From Chiloscyllium plagiosum (taxonomy: Eukaryota), in NCBI RefSeq assembly GCF_004010195.1, contig NC_057728.1:47145058-47209043 (forward strand): a stretch of 63,986 nt of DNA, read 5' to 3'. The notes under the pieces were generated by a model. That model searched no databases, was not told the DNA's origin, and saw only the letters and a list, made by a program, of their open reading frames with translations. Below are positions 63,450 to 63,986 of this stretch, piece by piece. A program made the translations under genes and the position numbers. Within the stretch, counting starts at the first letter, position 1, and each line of letters begins with the position of its first letter.

Positions 63450-63986
63450 AGACCATAAGACATAGGAGTGGAAGTAAGGCCATTCGGCCCATCGAGTCCA
63501 CTCAGTCATTTAATCATGGCTGATGGGCATTTTAACTCCACTTACCCGCATTCTCCCCGTAGGTAAATTTATCAATCTATGCCTTGAAGACATTTAGCAT
63601 CCCGGCCTCCACTGCACTCCGTGGCAATGAATTCCACAGGCCCACCACTCTTTGGCTGAAGAAATGTCTCCGCATTTCTGTTCTGAATTTACCCCCTCTA
63701 ATTCGAAGGCTGTGTCCACGGGTCCTAGTCTCCTCGCCTAACAGAAACAATTTCCTACCATCCACCCTTTCCAAGCCATGTATTATCTTGTAAGTTTCTA
63801 TTAGATCTCCCCTTAACCTTCTAAACTCCAATGCGTATAATCCCAGGATTTTCAGCCGTTCCTCATATGTTAGACCTAACATTCCAGGGATCATCCATAT
63901 GAATCTCCTCTGGACATGCTCCAGTGCCAGTATGTCCCTCCTGAGGTGTGGGGCCCAAAACTGGACACAGTACTCCAAATGGGGCC
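63450..63986 (-). mobile_element. CR1 LINE 3' portion (runs off the window)
   Basis: Minus ORF 63577-63978 EYCVQFWAPHLRRDILALE..RRLRGDLIETYKI..FFSQRVVGLWNSLP. Confidence 0.95.

Noticed and set aside
1..63986. CRISPR array, operon or prokaryotic defence system
   Set aside because: Eukaryotic repeat landscape with no regularly spaced repeat-spacer array and no intact gene cluster.

Overview
Repeat-dominated, AT-rich vertebrate DNA, almost certainly from a cartilaginous fish. The HE1-type V-SINEs, HER1/CR1-type LINEs and shark-type Penelope elements point to a shark (inference). I found no intact host protein-coding gene, RNA gene or CRISPR array. Every ORF I could recognise in the track is a LINE, SINE or Penelope fragment or its antisense shadow, and the rest match nothing I recognise. 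The window looks like a large intron or intergenic region. It contains (i) about 20 truncated CR1 LINE pieces, (ii) a second CR1-group LINE whose ends are shared with a SINE, (iii) about 9 HE1 SINEs, (iv) decayed Penelope-like elements with GIY-YIG remnants, (v) solo-LTR-like and Tc2-like pieces, and a 310-N gap. The most interesting signal is a dense population of short (65-230 bp), often fold-back, Penelope-terminus-derived insertions. Most are flanked by 11-17 bp target-site duplications, and several carry minimal hammerhead ribozyme cores. One copy (16771-16815) looks structurally complete. A few weak minus-strand exon candidates and possible conserved non-coding blocks are noted at low confidence. 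Boundaries were read by eye and are approximate.
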